A DNA stretch of 64,000 nucleotides from a virus (taxonomy: Duplodnaviria > Heunggongvirae > Uroviricota > Caudoviricetes), in IMG/VR virus record IMGVR_UViG_3300028888_000051, positions 163,384 to 227,383 of that record. One strand, given 5' to 3'. Under the pieces are notes generated by a model. That model did not search any database. It saw only the letters and a list, made by a program, of their open reading frames with translations, and had not been told where the DNA came from. Shown here piece after piece: positions 9,101 through 18,672 of this stretch. Every line of letters begins with the position of its first letter. Position 1 is the first letter of the stretch. The position numbers and the translations under genes were made by a program.

Positions 9101-9538
9101 ATGTTAAAAAAAGTACCTTTAAAAAATAAAAATAATCAATTGAAAAAAACACCTTTAAAATCTAATTCAAAAGGATTAAAGGTGAATTCTTTTTTAAAGA
9201 AAAATAAGGAAACAACACTTAATAATAATTCAGAATTAAATAAACAAAACGAAAAAGCAAAAAAGAAATGGGAAAAGGTTCGCAATCAAGTATTAGAACG
9301 AGATAATTATAAATGTGTGGTTTGTGGAAAACCTGCAACTCAAGTACATCATATTCATCTTAGAAGTAAACGTAAAGATTTATTATATGAAATGAATAAT
9401 TTAATAAGTTTATGTGATAGACATCATTTTCATAAAAGTAATGAAAAATATGAAGAACAAAATGAAGTTATTGCTAAAGCTAAACATATAACTATTGAAG
9501 AATTGTTAAAATTTGCAGAAACAAGAAGTGAGGAATAA
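9101..9538 (+). CDS. free-standing HNH endonuclease
   Basis: CVVCGKPATQVHHIHLRS...NNLISLCDRHH = CxxC + HNH core; basic Lys/Asn-rich N-terminus. Confidence 0.8.
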   Translation: MLKKVPLKNKNNQLKKTPLKSNSKGLKVNSFLKKNKETTLNNNSELNKQNEKAKKKWEKVRNQVLERDNYKCVVCGKPATQVHHIHLRSKRKDLLYEMNNLISLCDRHHFHKSNEKYEEQNEVIAKAKHITIEELLKFAETRSEE

Positions 9539-9541
9539 GTT

Positions 9542-9952
9542 ATGAAAGAAGTGATTGTTTGGAAAGATTTTCAAGAAAATCATAAATGTCAATTGAGATT
9601 GGTAGACAGTCATTATGGTTTAGGTACTTATTTCAAAACTTGGAAAGAAGGATATTACAGTACAATTAAAGGTATAAATGTAGATTTTATAGTCTATGTA
9701 TATACTGGATATCCTTGTGGAGCTTCAGAAAAACATTATTGTAAAGAAAAAGAAACTTATGAAAAATATTTAGGTAAATGTTACAGTATTGAAGAATTGT
9801 ATGAAGATGCTGAATCTTTCGGATTCAATAGAGAACAAGTAGATGCTTTTATAAGTCAAGAAGAAAAAAGATGGGTTTATGATGATAATGGTCGTTTAAT
9901 AGAATTTAATGATGGCTGGAGTTGGAATGCTAATCAATTAGAAAAGGAATAG
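9542..9952 (+). CDS. hypothetical protein (136 aa)
   Basis: Tightly packed ORF (3-nt spacer on both sides). Confidence 0.5.
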   Translation: MKEVIVWKDFQENHKCQLRLVDSHYGLGTYFKTWKEGYYSTIKGINVDFIVYVYTGYPCGASEKHYCKEKETYEKYLGKCYSIEELYEDAESFGFNREQVDAFISQEEKRWVYDDNGRLIEFNDGWSWNANQLEKE

Positions 9953-9955
9953 ATT

Positions 9956-10408
9956 ATGGAAGAGTTTGATATTGAAAAGGTAGAAGCTTTAGATTATGAA
10001 GCCATTAAACAACAATTATATCTTATTTTTAAAGAAGAGAAGGATGTAGTTGCTTTTGTAAATTTTTTACAAAATGTTCAAAAATTTGCTAGTTTATCTA
10101 CAGATAAGCGTCATATGAATCTTGTTAATCTTGCATATTTTCGTTCTCAAATTCAACTTTATGAAAAAAAGATTCAGTCTCTGATAGATAAAAAAAAGAA
10201 TGAACAAACACGAGCTGCTATTAAAAAAGCTAAAGGTATTGGTGAAAAATTAACAGAAAGTGTTATTTTATATCATACTGAAGAAAATGAAATATTAGAT
10301 AGTTTAAATGAATTACATAATCTTGTATATGCTTGGTCTTTATATATGAGTGATTTATACTTTATTTGTGGTCAAACTAATAAAAATTTGGGAGATTTAA
10401 ATATATAA
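9956..10408 (+). CDS. hypothetical protein (150 aa)
   Basis: Tightly packed ORF. Confidence 0.5.
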   Translation: MEEFDIEKVEALDYEAIKQQLYLIFKEEKDVVAFVNFLQNVQKFASLSTDKRHMNLVNLAYFRSQIQLYEKKIQSLIDKKKNEQTRAAIKKAKGIGEKLTESVILYHTEENEILDSLNELHNLVYAWSLYMSDLYFICGQTNKNLGDLNI

Positions 10409-10516
10409 GATTATTTACTATTTGGAAATTTAATTTCTCAATGATTTTACAAATTAAAGTTTTTAAATTAATTTATTATTCATAAGTGTATTTTAATAAA
10501 AAGGGAATTATCATAG

Positions 10517-11551
10517 ATGCTAAATGGAATTAAAAAAGCTAAAATTTCTAAGCGCACAAATAGAAAGCAAAATTTTAAAAAGTTTATAGAATCTAATTAT
10601 ACTGATATTCAAGCTTTTTTAAATGCATGTCATAATGATGAAGATTTGCTTATTTATACATGTCTTAAGCCAAATGAATTACAAGAAATTATTGAAAAAA
10701 TTAAACCATTAAAAACATTAGAAGAAAAGATAGATTATTTAGTTAATAATCAGCCAATTATGAATTCTGATCCAGAACGATTTGATAGATGTGTACAATC
10801 ACTTGTAATGTATCTTAAAGGATATATTGAATATAATGGATATAAATTAGCTAATTCTAATGGTAATTATGAAGACCAGGCAGCTGAATTTTATCTTAAA
10901 TATGTAAAAATTTGTAATTTTTATCGTACTCGTTGGTTTTATCCAGAAACATTAAAAAAAGCATCAACTGTACAATATAATCCAATGCTTTATAAAGAGT
11001 TTTTATATATTATAAGACTTTCTATTTCTGGTGATAGAAAGCATAAAGCTTTTTTAGCAACACAAGATGAAAATGCTTCAATTTTTAAATTATCACTTGA
11101 TTCTAAGATAGATGATGGTAAAGGTGAAAAAAGATTAGGAGATGTTGTTCCAGATACACAGCATAGTATTGAATATACTCAAAATATAACAGAAGTGAAT
11201 AATATTTTAACAAAAGCATTAAGATTAATTAAAGAATATCCAGATGCTGTAAAAAACTATAGTAAAATAAAAGAGTTTTACGAAAAACAAGATCCAATAG
11301 GATTTGATAAAAAAACAGTATTACTCGGAAAAATATTTTTATATAAAGCTGGTTTAGTCAGTCCAAAAATTTTACAATTTATAAAATCATTATCTTCAAC
11401 ATATAAATTAAGATATAATATTTCACAAGCACGTATTAATGCACAGATTCAAGAACAAAAGAAGATAATGACAGGAAAACCAATAAAAAAAGTAAAGACT
11501 GAAGATTTGACTTATAAAGAATTAATTTTTAAGAAAAGAGGAGAGCTATAA
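10517..11551 (+). CDS. hypothetical protein with sigma-70-like features (candidate phage sigma factor)
   Basis: YEDQAAEFYLKYVKICNFY resembles region 2.1/2.2. FKLSLDSKIDDGKGEKRLGDVVPD resembles the SLD..(acidic)..LGD..D linker before region 4. By-eye match only. Confidence 0.35.
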   Translation: MLNGIKKAKISKRTNRKQNFKKFIESNYTDIQAFLNACHNDEDLLIYTCLKPNELQEIIEKIKPLKTLEEKIDYLVNNQPIMNSDPERFDRCVQSLVMYLKGYIEYNGYKLANSNGNYEDQAAEFYLKYVKICNFYRTRWFYPETLKKASTVQYNPMLYKEFLYIIRLSISGDRKHKAFLATQDENASIFKLSLDSKIDDGKGEKRLGDVVPDTQHSIEYTQNITEVNNILTKALRLIKEYPDAVKNYSKIKEFYEKQDPIGFDKKTVLLGKIFLYKAGLVSPKILQFIKSLSSTYKLRYNISQARINAQIQEQKKIMTGKPIKKVKTEDLTYKELIFKKRGEL

Positions 11552-11552
11552 T

Positions 11553-12092
11553 ATGACTAAAGTAAATATGATTGTTGCTATTGGTCCAGATAATATAATT
11601 GGATATAGTAATAAATTAGCTTGGCATTCAAAAAAAGATCTTGAGCATTTTAAAAATATAACTTTAAATAGACCAGTAATATTTGGAACAACAACTTTTT
11701 TTGGTTTACCTAAATATCCATTACCAAATAGATTAAATATTGTATTAGATAATAGTGAATATAAAGTATTTAATATCAATGCCATAAATGATAATAAAGG
11801 TGGTTGGATTGAAGCAACTTCAGTTGAAAGTGCCTTAGAATTTTGTAAAAATTTTGATAATATATTTATTTGTGGAGGAGCATCTATTTATAAATATTGT
11901 TTAGAAAAAAATTTAATAGATTGTGCATATATAACAAAAGTGAATTGTAAATTAGAAAATAGAGATGATTATATAAAATTTCCATTTGATATTAATAGAT
12001 ATTTAAATTATGAAAAATGGGATGCTAAATTAGAAGAAACAGTTTTTGATGAAGAAATTCAATTAGAATTCTGGAAATATATTAAAAAATAA
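11553..12092 (+). CDS. folA: dihydrofolate reductase
   Basis: MIVAIGPDNIIGYSNKLAWHSKKDLEHFKNIT, IFGTTTF and ICGGASIYKY match DHFR signature regions. Confidence 0.85.
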   Translation: MTKVNMIVAIGPDNIIGYSNKLAWHSKKDLEHFKNITLNRPVIFGTTTFFGLPKYPLPNRLNIVLDNSEYKVFNINAINDNKGGWIEATSVESALEFCKNFDNIFICGGASIYKYCLEKNLIDCAYITKVNCKLENRDDYIKFPFDINRYLNYEKWDAKLEETVFDEEIQLEFWKYIKK

Positions 12093-12096
12093 TCTA

Positions 12097-12110
12097 TAAG
12101 TTCTAAATAA
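12097..12110 (+). promoter_or_regulatory. TAAGTTCTAAATAA box, copy 1
   Basis: 14-nt string identical to 12251..12264; lies just after the folA stop. Confidence 0.3.
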
Positions 12111-12132
12111 TGTCAATTGTTTTATAATTGAT

Positions 12133-12184
12133 AGAAGAGTAATTAAGGTTTCCCCCTCCTTTCCCTGATTACTCTTCTTTTTTA
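12133..12184 (+). terminator. rho-independent-type terminator after folA
   Basis: 11-bp perfect stem AGAAGAGTAAT/ATTACTCTTCT with a C-rich 24-nt loop, followed by a T-run. Confidence 0.6.
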
Positions 12185-12250
12185 TATTATTATAGTCTTA
12201 TATACAGTTATTTTTGCATAGTTTTCTTATTTAATCTAAAAATAATCTTC

Positions 12251-12264
12251 TAAGTTCTAAATAA
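12251..12264 (+). promoter_or_regulatory. TAAGTTCTAAATAA box, copy 2, upstream of 12300..13250
   Basis: Identical 14-mer, about 40 nt upstream of ATG 12300. Confidence 0.4.
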
Positions 12265-12299
12265 ACAAGTAACATTTATAAAATTTTAAGTATGTTAAA

Positions 12300-13250
12300 A
12301 TGATAGTTGGACAAAAAAGAATAATACATCGTTTTATACGACCAATAGCTGATTATGAAGAAGGTGGAATTTATTATAATCAAGTTATACCTATTGATAC
12401 ACAAGCTTATGCACATTATCCTAAAGAATATGGTAGAGATTATAATTTATGGTATGTATTTGGCGATGGTGTTCATACCTATACTGAAATTAGAGACGGT
12501 AAAGGTCTTGTTGATACAGCTAAAGAATATCCAATCTTTACACAAGAATATATAGAATCATTTGTTACGTTTGATAAATTATATGAAATACTAGATGAAG
12601 AACTCGTTGCCGAAAATATAAAATATCAAAATGAATATGATGATTATAAAAACGTTAAAGAAGGTTTAGATGCACTTCTTTATAAAGAGCCTATTGTTAC
12701 ATTATCTGGTGGTAACATATATGAAAAAGGAACTGTAGTAGATACAGTTAATTTAACTTGGGAAATAACAAAACCAGTTCGTTCACAAATATTGTTACCA
12801 GATATTGGAGATATAGATAGTAATTTAAGAGAATATACAATTGAAAATGCAAATATTTCTGAAGATACAACATTTAGTTTAATCGTAAACGATGGACAAA
12901 CAGCAACAATTGGTGAAACATCAATTATTTTTAAAAAATATATTTATTATGGTAGTTCAGCTACATTAAATTTAACGAATGAAGAAATATTAACTTTTTC
13001 AAAAAGTTTTGAAACAATTACAGAAAATTTAATAACTTTTGATTGTTCTGGTGGAAAGTATTTATATATAGTTATTCCAACAGAATATTTGAATAATATT
13101 ATACTTAAAATAAATGGATTTATTTTCAATGATGTTACAAAATCTGAAATAAATCTTATAAATGAAAGTGGATATGAATCAAGCTATGTGATTTTAAAAT
13201 CGAATAATATTCAAACATATAGTAATCTTAAAATGGAGTATTGTATATGA
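12300..13250 (+). CDS. putative tail/baseplate-associated structural protein (316 aa)
   Basis: Heads an operon ending in a tail fibre gene; overlaps the next ORF by 10 nt; no specific motif. Confidence 0.45.
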   Translation: MIVGQKRIIHRFIRPIADYEEGGIYYNQVIPIDTQAYAHYPKEYGRDYNLWYVFGDGVHTYTEIRDGKGLVDTAKEYPIFTQEYIESFVTFDKLYEILDEELVAENIKYQNEYDDYKNVKEGLDALLYKEPIVTLSGGNIYEKGTVVDTVNLTWEITKPVRSQILLPDIGDIDSNLREYTIENANISEDTTFSLIVNDGQTATIGETSIIFKKYIYYGSSATLNLTNEEILTFSKSFETITENLITFDCSGGKYLYIVIPTEYLNNIILKINGFIFNDVTKSEINLINESGYESSYVILKSNNIQTYSNLKMEYCI

Positions 13251-13696
13251 GTGATCTTTTGGGAACAAATATAGCAACCGGCATAGTTCCTTTTACTACA
13301 GAAGATGTATACCCTACACATTACTCTGAATATGGAAAAGGTGGCTGGAAACAAGTAGCTACAATAGTAGAACGAGATGCAATTTCATTAGAAAGACGTG
13401 AACTTGGAATGGTAGTATATGTTTTAGAGGAAAATAAAACTTATACACTAAAAGAAGGTCTATCAAATGAATATTGGGTTTTAATGATGCCAGTAAACAG
13501 CGGTGGTACATATATTCATACACAAGGTATTGCTTCTGCAACATGGGTTATTGAACACAATCTAGAAAAGTATCCTAGTATTACAGTAGTTACATCTTCT
13601 GGAACAATTGTTGAAGGAGATGTAGCATATAATAGTAAAAATGTTATCACCGTAACATTTAATGGAGCTTTTAAAGGAAAAGCCTACTTAAACTAA
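13241..13696 (+). CDS. putative tail-associated protein (151 aa)
   Basis: C-terminal W.IEHNL..YPSITVV...G..V.GDV.Y...N.ITV.F pattern common in phage fibre-adjacent beta-sandwich proteins (from memory). Confidence 0.45.
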   Translation: MYMSDLLGTNIATGIVPFTTEDVYPTHYSEYGKGGWKQVATIVERDAISLERRELGMVVYVLEENKTYTLKEGLSNEYWVLMMPVNSGGTYIHTQGIASATWVIEHNLEKYPSITVVTSSGTIVEGDVAYNSKNVITVTFNGAFKGKAYLN

Positions 13697-13755
13697 TTTA
13701 TTAATATTGTATGTGCAATATTAATTAAACTTAAACAAAATGGAGAAAAAGACAA

Positions 13756-15501
13756 ATGTCTAAAAAGTTTTTAGTTGATATTGACCTTAACGGTAATGAA
13801 TTGCAAAATGCCGTAATACAAAATCTGGCTTCTGCTCCTGAAAATCCAAAAGAAGGTCAACATTATTTTAATACTGTAGATGAGGTAGAATATTATTGGA
13901 ATGGCACACAGTGGATTAATGTTGCTGGTGATTATACATTTAAAAATGGTATTGAACAAGTTTCTGGCACACGTGATGTTCAGATTAAAGTAGCCACTGG
14001 TAATGCTGCTGGTAATATTGCAATTACTGCTAATACAGATGGTTTAGCGGCAACAGTTGCAGATGCTTCAACTACTACAAAGGGTATTATTGAAATAGCA
14101 ACTGATCAAGAAGCTGCTACAGGTACTAGTGAAGTTTTAGCAGTTAATCCAAAACAATTGGCAACAAAAGTTGATAAATTGACTTCTGGACCAACTGCCG
14201 GTACATATACTAAAGTAACAGTTAATAGTGAAGGTCAGGTTACTGCTGGTACAACTATTACCTTATCTGATGTTACTGATATCACTGCAACTGCTGCTGA
14301 AGTTAATATTTTAGATGGTATTACAGCAAATACATCTGAATTAAATATTTTAGATGGGGCCACTTTAACTACAACTGAATTAAACTATGTTGATGGTGTT
14401 ACTTCATCAATTCAAGATCAATTAGATAGCAAAGTTGCAAAAAATGCTGATATTACAGCTTCTACGACTGGTAAAACAATAATTACATATGATGCAAAAG
14501 GTCTTGTTACTGGTGGATCAGAAATTAGTATTGATAGCAATTCAACAAATTATTTAGAATTTGATACAATAAATCATAATATTAAAGCTAAAGTTGATAC
14601 TACAGTTACAGATCAATCAACCAAATTAGTAACATCTGGAGCAGTTTATACGGCTATTACAAATGCTTTAGTCGGTGGTGTTATTTATCAAGGTACTTGG
14701 GATATTACATCAGCTACTGATTTTTCTGGTATTACTCTTCCTGTTAAAAAAGGATATTTATATTATGTAATTGGTACAGGTCCTAAAACTATTGGTGGAA
14801 TCGAATGGAATGCTGGTGACTATTTATTAGTTAATGATGATGTTGATGTAGGTGGATCATTAAGTGGAAAAATTGAAAAAATTGATAACTCTGAAGCCGC
14901 TGATATTGTAAGATTAAATGCCATTCAAACTTTAACTAATAAAACAATTGATGCTGATGATAATATAATTTCTGATTTAACGACTACTAATTTAAAATCT
15001 GGTGTATTACAAACAAGTATTCGTGATGCTTTGACTGCAACTGATACTTCTTTGGCTTCAGAAAAAGCAATTCGCACAGAATTGGATACAAAACAAGATA
15101 AAGTTACTACAGCTGTTGAAAATAATTTAGCCATATGGAATGCTTCGGGTAATACAAAAGATTCAGGTAAAGCATTTGTAACAAGTATTGGTCCTTCTAG
15201 TGGAACTGGAGCAGCTACTGATAATCAAATTCCAACAGCTTTAGCTACTAGATCTGCAGTTGATACAGCGATAAGTAATAGTAAAACAACAATTAGTTGT
15301 CCAACATTAACTGCTTCTTCTGGTGTTGCTACATGGTCAATAACAGGTTTAGCAAGTGATCCTTATGCAATTACTATATTAGATTCATTAAATAATGAAG
15401 TTATTGCAGATATAACTTATGGAACTAAAGCAGCTACTATTATGTTTAATACAACAACAAATATTGAAGCTGATAGTTTTGTTGCAAAAATACTCATGTA
15501 A
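13756..15501 (+). CDS. tail fibre protein (581 aa)
   Basis: TTKGIIEIATDQEAATGTSEVLAVNPKQL fibre motif; triple (S/A)ELN(I/Y)(L/V)DG repeats; Thr/Ser/Gly/Ala-rich. Confidence 0.75.
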   Translation: MSKKFLVDIDLNGNELQNAVIQNLASAPENPKEGQHYFNTVDEVEYYWNGTQWINVAGDYTFKNGIEQVSGTRDVQIKVATGNAAGNIAITANTDGLAATVADASTTTKGIIEIATDQEAATGTSEVLAVNPKQLATKVDKLTSGPTAGTYTKVTVNSEGQVTAGTTITLSDVTDITATAAEVNILDGITANTSELNILDGATLTTTELNYVDGVTSSIQDQLDSKVAKNADITASTTGKTIITYDAKGLVTGGSEISIDSNSTNYLEFDTINHNIKAKVDTTVTDQSTKLVTSGAVYTAITNALVGGVIYQGTWDITSATDFSGITLPVKKGYLYYVIGTGPKTIGGIEWNAGDYLLVNDDVDVGGSLSGKIEKIDNSEAADIVRLNAIQTLTNKTIDADDNIISDLTTTNLKSGVLQTSIRDALTATDTSLASEKAIRTELDTKQDKVTTAVENNLAIWNASGNTKDSGKAFVTSIGPSSGTGAATDNQIPTALATRSAVDTAISNSKTTISCPTLTASSGVATWSITGLASDPYAITILDSLNNEVIADITYGTKAATIMFNTTTNIEADSFVAKILM

Positions 15502-15526
15502 GAGTAATCTTTGTTTTTGTTATTTC

Positions 15527-15556
15527 AAGAGAGTCATATTTCAGACTCTCTTTTTA
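15527..15556 (+). terminator. rho-independent-type terminator after the tail fibre gene
   Basis: Stem AAGAGAGTC/GACTCTCTT, 8-nt loop, T-run. Confidence 0.65.
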
Positions 15557-15567
15557 TTATAATATAA

Positions 15568-15586
15568 AAGTTCTATAAAATAAATA
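15568..15586 (+). promoter_or_regulatory. AAGTTCTATAAAATAAATA box upstream of the prohead protease gene
   Basis: GTTCTA box fused to a TATAAATA-like string; about 45 nt upstream of ATG 15627. Confidence 0.45.
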
Positions 15587-15626
15587 TGTTTAAACAGTTT
15601 TTAATTAATAAAATTAGGATCCTATA

Positions 15627-18611
15627 ATGTCAGAAAAACAATTACTTATCGAATCTTCTGATTTTAATCTTACTTGTAATTTATCAGAAAAAGACAGAGA
15701 AAATTTAACTGAATCTTTAAAAATTTCTGCAGGTAAACATGGTAATTTGATTGTCAAAAATATTCCATGTACAATACTTGATAGACGTAATCAAAATGGA
15801 CGTATATATCCTACAGCTTTAATGCAAAAAGCAATTAATGAAGCTATGCCAAAAATGAAAGCTAAAATGTTAGTGTGTTCTGCTTCTGAGCATCCTTCTG
15901 GAAGTTTTTGTGAACCAGCTAATATTTCACACGCTGTTATTAATGCATATATAAAAAATGTTGAAATTGAAGTTGAAGGTAAAAAAGAAAGACATAATGT
16001 ACTTTTTAATGATTGGGAAGTATTAAATGAAAAAAGTCAAGTTGCAGCTCATGTTCAGCAATTAATTTTATCTGGATTTGGTATAGGTACATCTATTCGT
16101 TCACTAGGTTCTTGTGATCCAGATGGTACAGTAACAGAATTAGAATATTTAGGAACTGATATTGTAGGACAACCTTCATCTTCTACTTATGTTAATATGC
16201 CAATTAATGAATCAGTAGAAGTAACAACAATTCCTTTAACAGAAACTTATGTTGTATCAGCTTCTGCTACAAATGTTGTAAGAGATTTAGATTCTGCATT
16301 AGCATTATCTCAACAAATTGATTCTGCTAATTTTGGTACTGTAAAAAAGACTTCTACAAAACTTGATTCTGAGGTTGATCCTAAAACGGGTGCAGAAACA
16401 ACAATGGTTACATTAGAAACTGAAACAGAAGATGAAGTATCAGAATTAGATCAAGCATTAATGATGGCTAAACAAGCCATGTTAAATGGAAAAGCTGATA
16501 TTGATTCTGTTACAATAGAAAATATTAAAGAAGAACAACCAAAAGAATCTGTTGAAAACAAAGATGATGAAAAAGCATTAAATGAAGAGAATAAAATAAC
16601 AGAAAATCATTTTGCTCCTTTACCTCATATTACTTCAATTACAAATCATATTTTATTGAATTATCCAAAAGAAAGCGAAGCTTATAAAGTAGCTTTACAT
16701 ATTCAAAATGATTTAATTACTAATAGATTAAAAGATAGACAAGCAGCTTTAGAAGAATTAAAAAAATATGTAGATATAACTAAAGACGAATATGTACCTG
16801 AATCTGTTATGAATGAAGTAGGTGTTGATAAGTTAATGGATGAAATTCGTAACATTATGTATAATGAAGGTTTGTCTCTTGAACAGGCTTGTCGTAAATA
16901 TTGTGAACATCATGAAAATATTCCATATGAATATGTATTGGAATATATGAGAACAAATCCAGTTACTGAATCAATTACAGAAGCTAAAGAAGAAAAGCAA
17001 GAAGATCCAAATGAAGGTAAGCAATATGTTTTGAAAACTTCTCAGGGTTTTGTTGCTATGGATGGTAATGCTATTTCATTTGTAGATAATCCTAAAGAAG
17101 CTATTCATTTTATTAAGGGTAAAGAAGAATCAGGAGTTGTTCATTTATCTGGAATTAATAAAATTCTTGAAACAATGGGTATATATGATGTACAAAAATA
17201 TTTTAAAAAAGGTACAACAGATATTTCCGCACCAAATGATATAAATATACAAAATGCCAAAAATGCAGGCATCGAAGTTAAAGAGTGTGGTAATATAGAT
17301 ATGCCAATGACTGAAGATAATGGCTCAAATACACGTTTTAAAGCTACTGTAAAAATTACTGATGAAAATGGAGAGTCTTCTGAAGATATTCCTGTTTCAG
17401 CAATTGATATGGAAGGTATTAATGCTGAAATTTCTAATCTTTATGATATGAAAAAACAAAAAGGTAATCCAGTTATCACTGTTACAGATACTACTTCTGG
17501 TCAACAATTTACATATAATCCAGAGTCTCGTCAAATTGAATTAATGAATATACAAACTGAAGCGAGTGGTGATTTAGAGCAAGATGGAAATAAACTTTCT
17601 ATGGAAATTGATGATAACAATAAAGTAGAAAAAGAATTTAATTCACCGGTACAAGCCGCAGTTGCAAAAGCAGGTATTGAAGCAGGCAAACTTGGTGGTG
17701 ATGTTCTTTTGAGTGAAGATGATGAAGATTCAGATACAGCTAAATGTGCATGGTGTGGTGAAGAATTTGAAAAATCTGCATTACGTAAAGAGAAAGATTT
17801 AGGTTATCTTTGTAACACTTGTGCAAAAGGAATTCAATCAAGAGAAGGTTCATTAACATTTGAAGAAGATTTAGCAAATGATCCACATATTTATAATCAA
17901 GGAAAAGATGAAATAGATAATGGTCAAGAACCTAATATGAATAAAATTGCGGATTCTATTCGCTATATTGCTAAAAAAACTGATTGCTCACTAAAAGATG
18001 CAATGGATATCTATGAAAAGATTACAGGTTTTAAATTTGATGAAAAAGATTCTATTTCAGAAGAAGTTCATAGACCAAATTATGAAGATATAGAACCAGG
18101 ATGGTATGCAGGAGCTCAAAATATTGGTGTTACTGGACCTTATGAATCAAAAGAAACATTGCTTGCAGATTTAGGTGAAGTAGCAGATAAAATTGATATT
18201 GAATATATTTCACCAGAAGATTTAGGGCTTGCTGCTGAATCATCTAAAATAGATGAAGTATTATATAATAAACCTAGTAAGGCTTCTGATCCATTAATTA
18301 AAACACCATTAGAAGAAGATGATGATGAATCTCCAGCGGTAAATATTTTATTTAAAAATATTGATTGGAATACTAAAGACTTTATGAATTCTATGATGGC
18401 TAATATGGAAAATGATGATCCTGTTAATATAGAAGATATAAAGTCAAAAGTAAAAGATTTACCAGATGAAGCAACTATTACTGTTAAAGTTAATGAAATA
18501 CCTTTATCTGATGATAGTTTACTTGAAAAATTTTTATTTGATAAACTTGGTAAAAAGTATGCCATGAAAGTAAATAATGCAGAAATGGCAAATATAAGTT
18601 GGGCAGTATAA
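15627..18611 (+). CDS. T4 gp21-like prohead core protease fused to a roughly 800-aa acidic extension
   Basis: N-terminus aligns by eye with T4 gp21 (MSEKQLLIES; NQNGRIYP; SASEHP; GTSIRSLGS). The remainder is Glu/Asp-rich with an internal CAWCG..CNTC zinc ribbon. Confidence 0.75.
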   Translation: MSEKQLLIESSDFNLTCNLSEKDRENLTESLKISAGKHGNLIVKNIPCTILDRRNQNGRIYPTALMQKAINEAMPKMKAKMLVCSASEHPSGSFCEPANISHAVINAYIKNVEIEVEGKKERHNVLFNDWEVLNEKSQVAAHVQQLILSGFGIGTSIRSLGSCDPDGTVTELEYLGTDIVGQPSSSTYVNMPINESVEVTTIPLTETYVVSASATNVVRDLDSALALSQQIDSANFGTVKKTSTKLDSEVDPKTGAETTMVTLETETEDEVSELDQALMMAKQAMLNGKADIDSVTIENIKEEQPKESVENKDDEKALNEENKITENHFAPLPHITSITNHILLNYPKESEAYKVALHIQNDLITNRLKDRQAALEELKKYVDITKDEYVPESVMNEVGVDKLMDEIRNIMYNEGLSLEQACRKYCEHHENIPYEYVLEYMRTNPVTESITEAKEEKQEDPNEGKQYVLKTSQGFVAMDGNAISFVDNPKEAIHFIKGKEESGVVHLSGINKILETMGIYDVQKYFKKGTTDISAPNDINIQNAKNAGIEVKECGNIDMPMTEDNGSNTRFKATVKITDENGESSEDIPVSAIDMEGINAEISNLYDMKKQKGNPVITVTDTTSGQQFTYNPESRQIELMNIQTEASGDLEQDGNKLSMEIDDNNKVEKEFNSPVQAAVAKAGIEAGKLGGDVLLSEDDEDSDTAKCAWCGEEFEKSALRKEKDLGYLCNTCAKGIQSREGSLTFEEDLANDPHIYNQGKDEIDNGQEPNMNKIADSIRYIAKKTDCSLKDAMDIYEKITGFKFDEKDSISEEVHRPNYEDIEPGWYAGAQNIGVTGPYESKETLLADLGEVADKIDIEYISPEDLGLAAESSKIDEVLYNKPSKASDPLIKTPLEEDDDESPAVNILFKNIDWNTKDFMNSMMANMENDDPVNIEDIKSKVKDLPDEATITVKVNEIPLSDDSLLEKFLFDKLGKKYAMKVNNAEMANISWAV

Positions 18612-18614
18612 AAC

Positions 18615-18625
18615 AGTTCTAATTT
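18615..18625 (+). promoter_or_regulatory. AGTTCTAATTT box upstream of the scaffold-like gene
   Basis: GTTCTA box about 50 nt upstream of ATG 18673. Confidence 0.35.
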
Positions 18626-18672
18626 AATAGTAAATAATTTTTATTAATCTAGATTTTAAGGAAAAACATATT

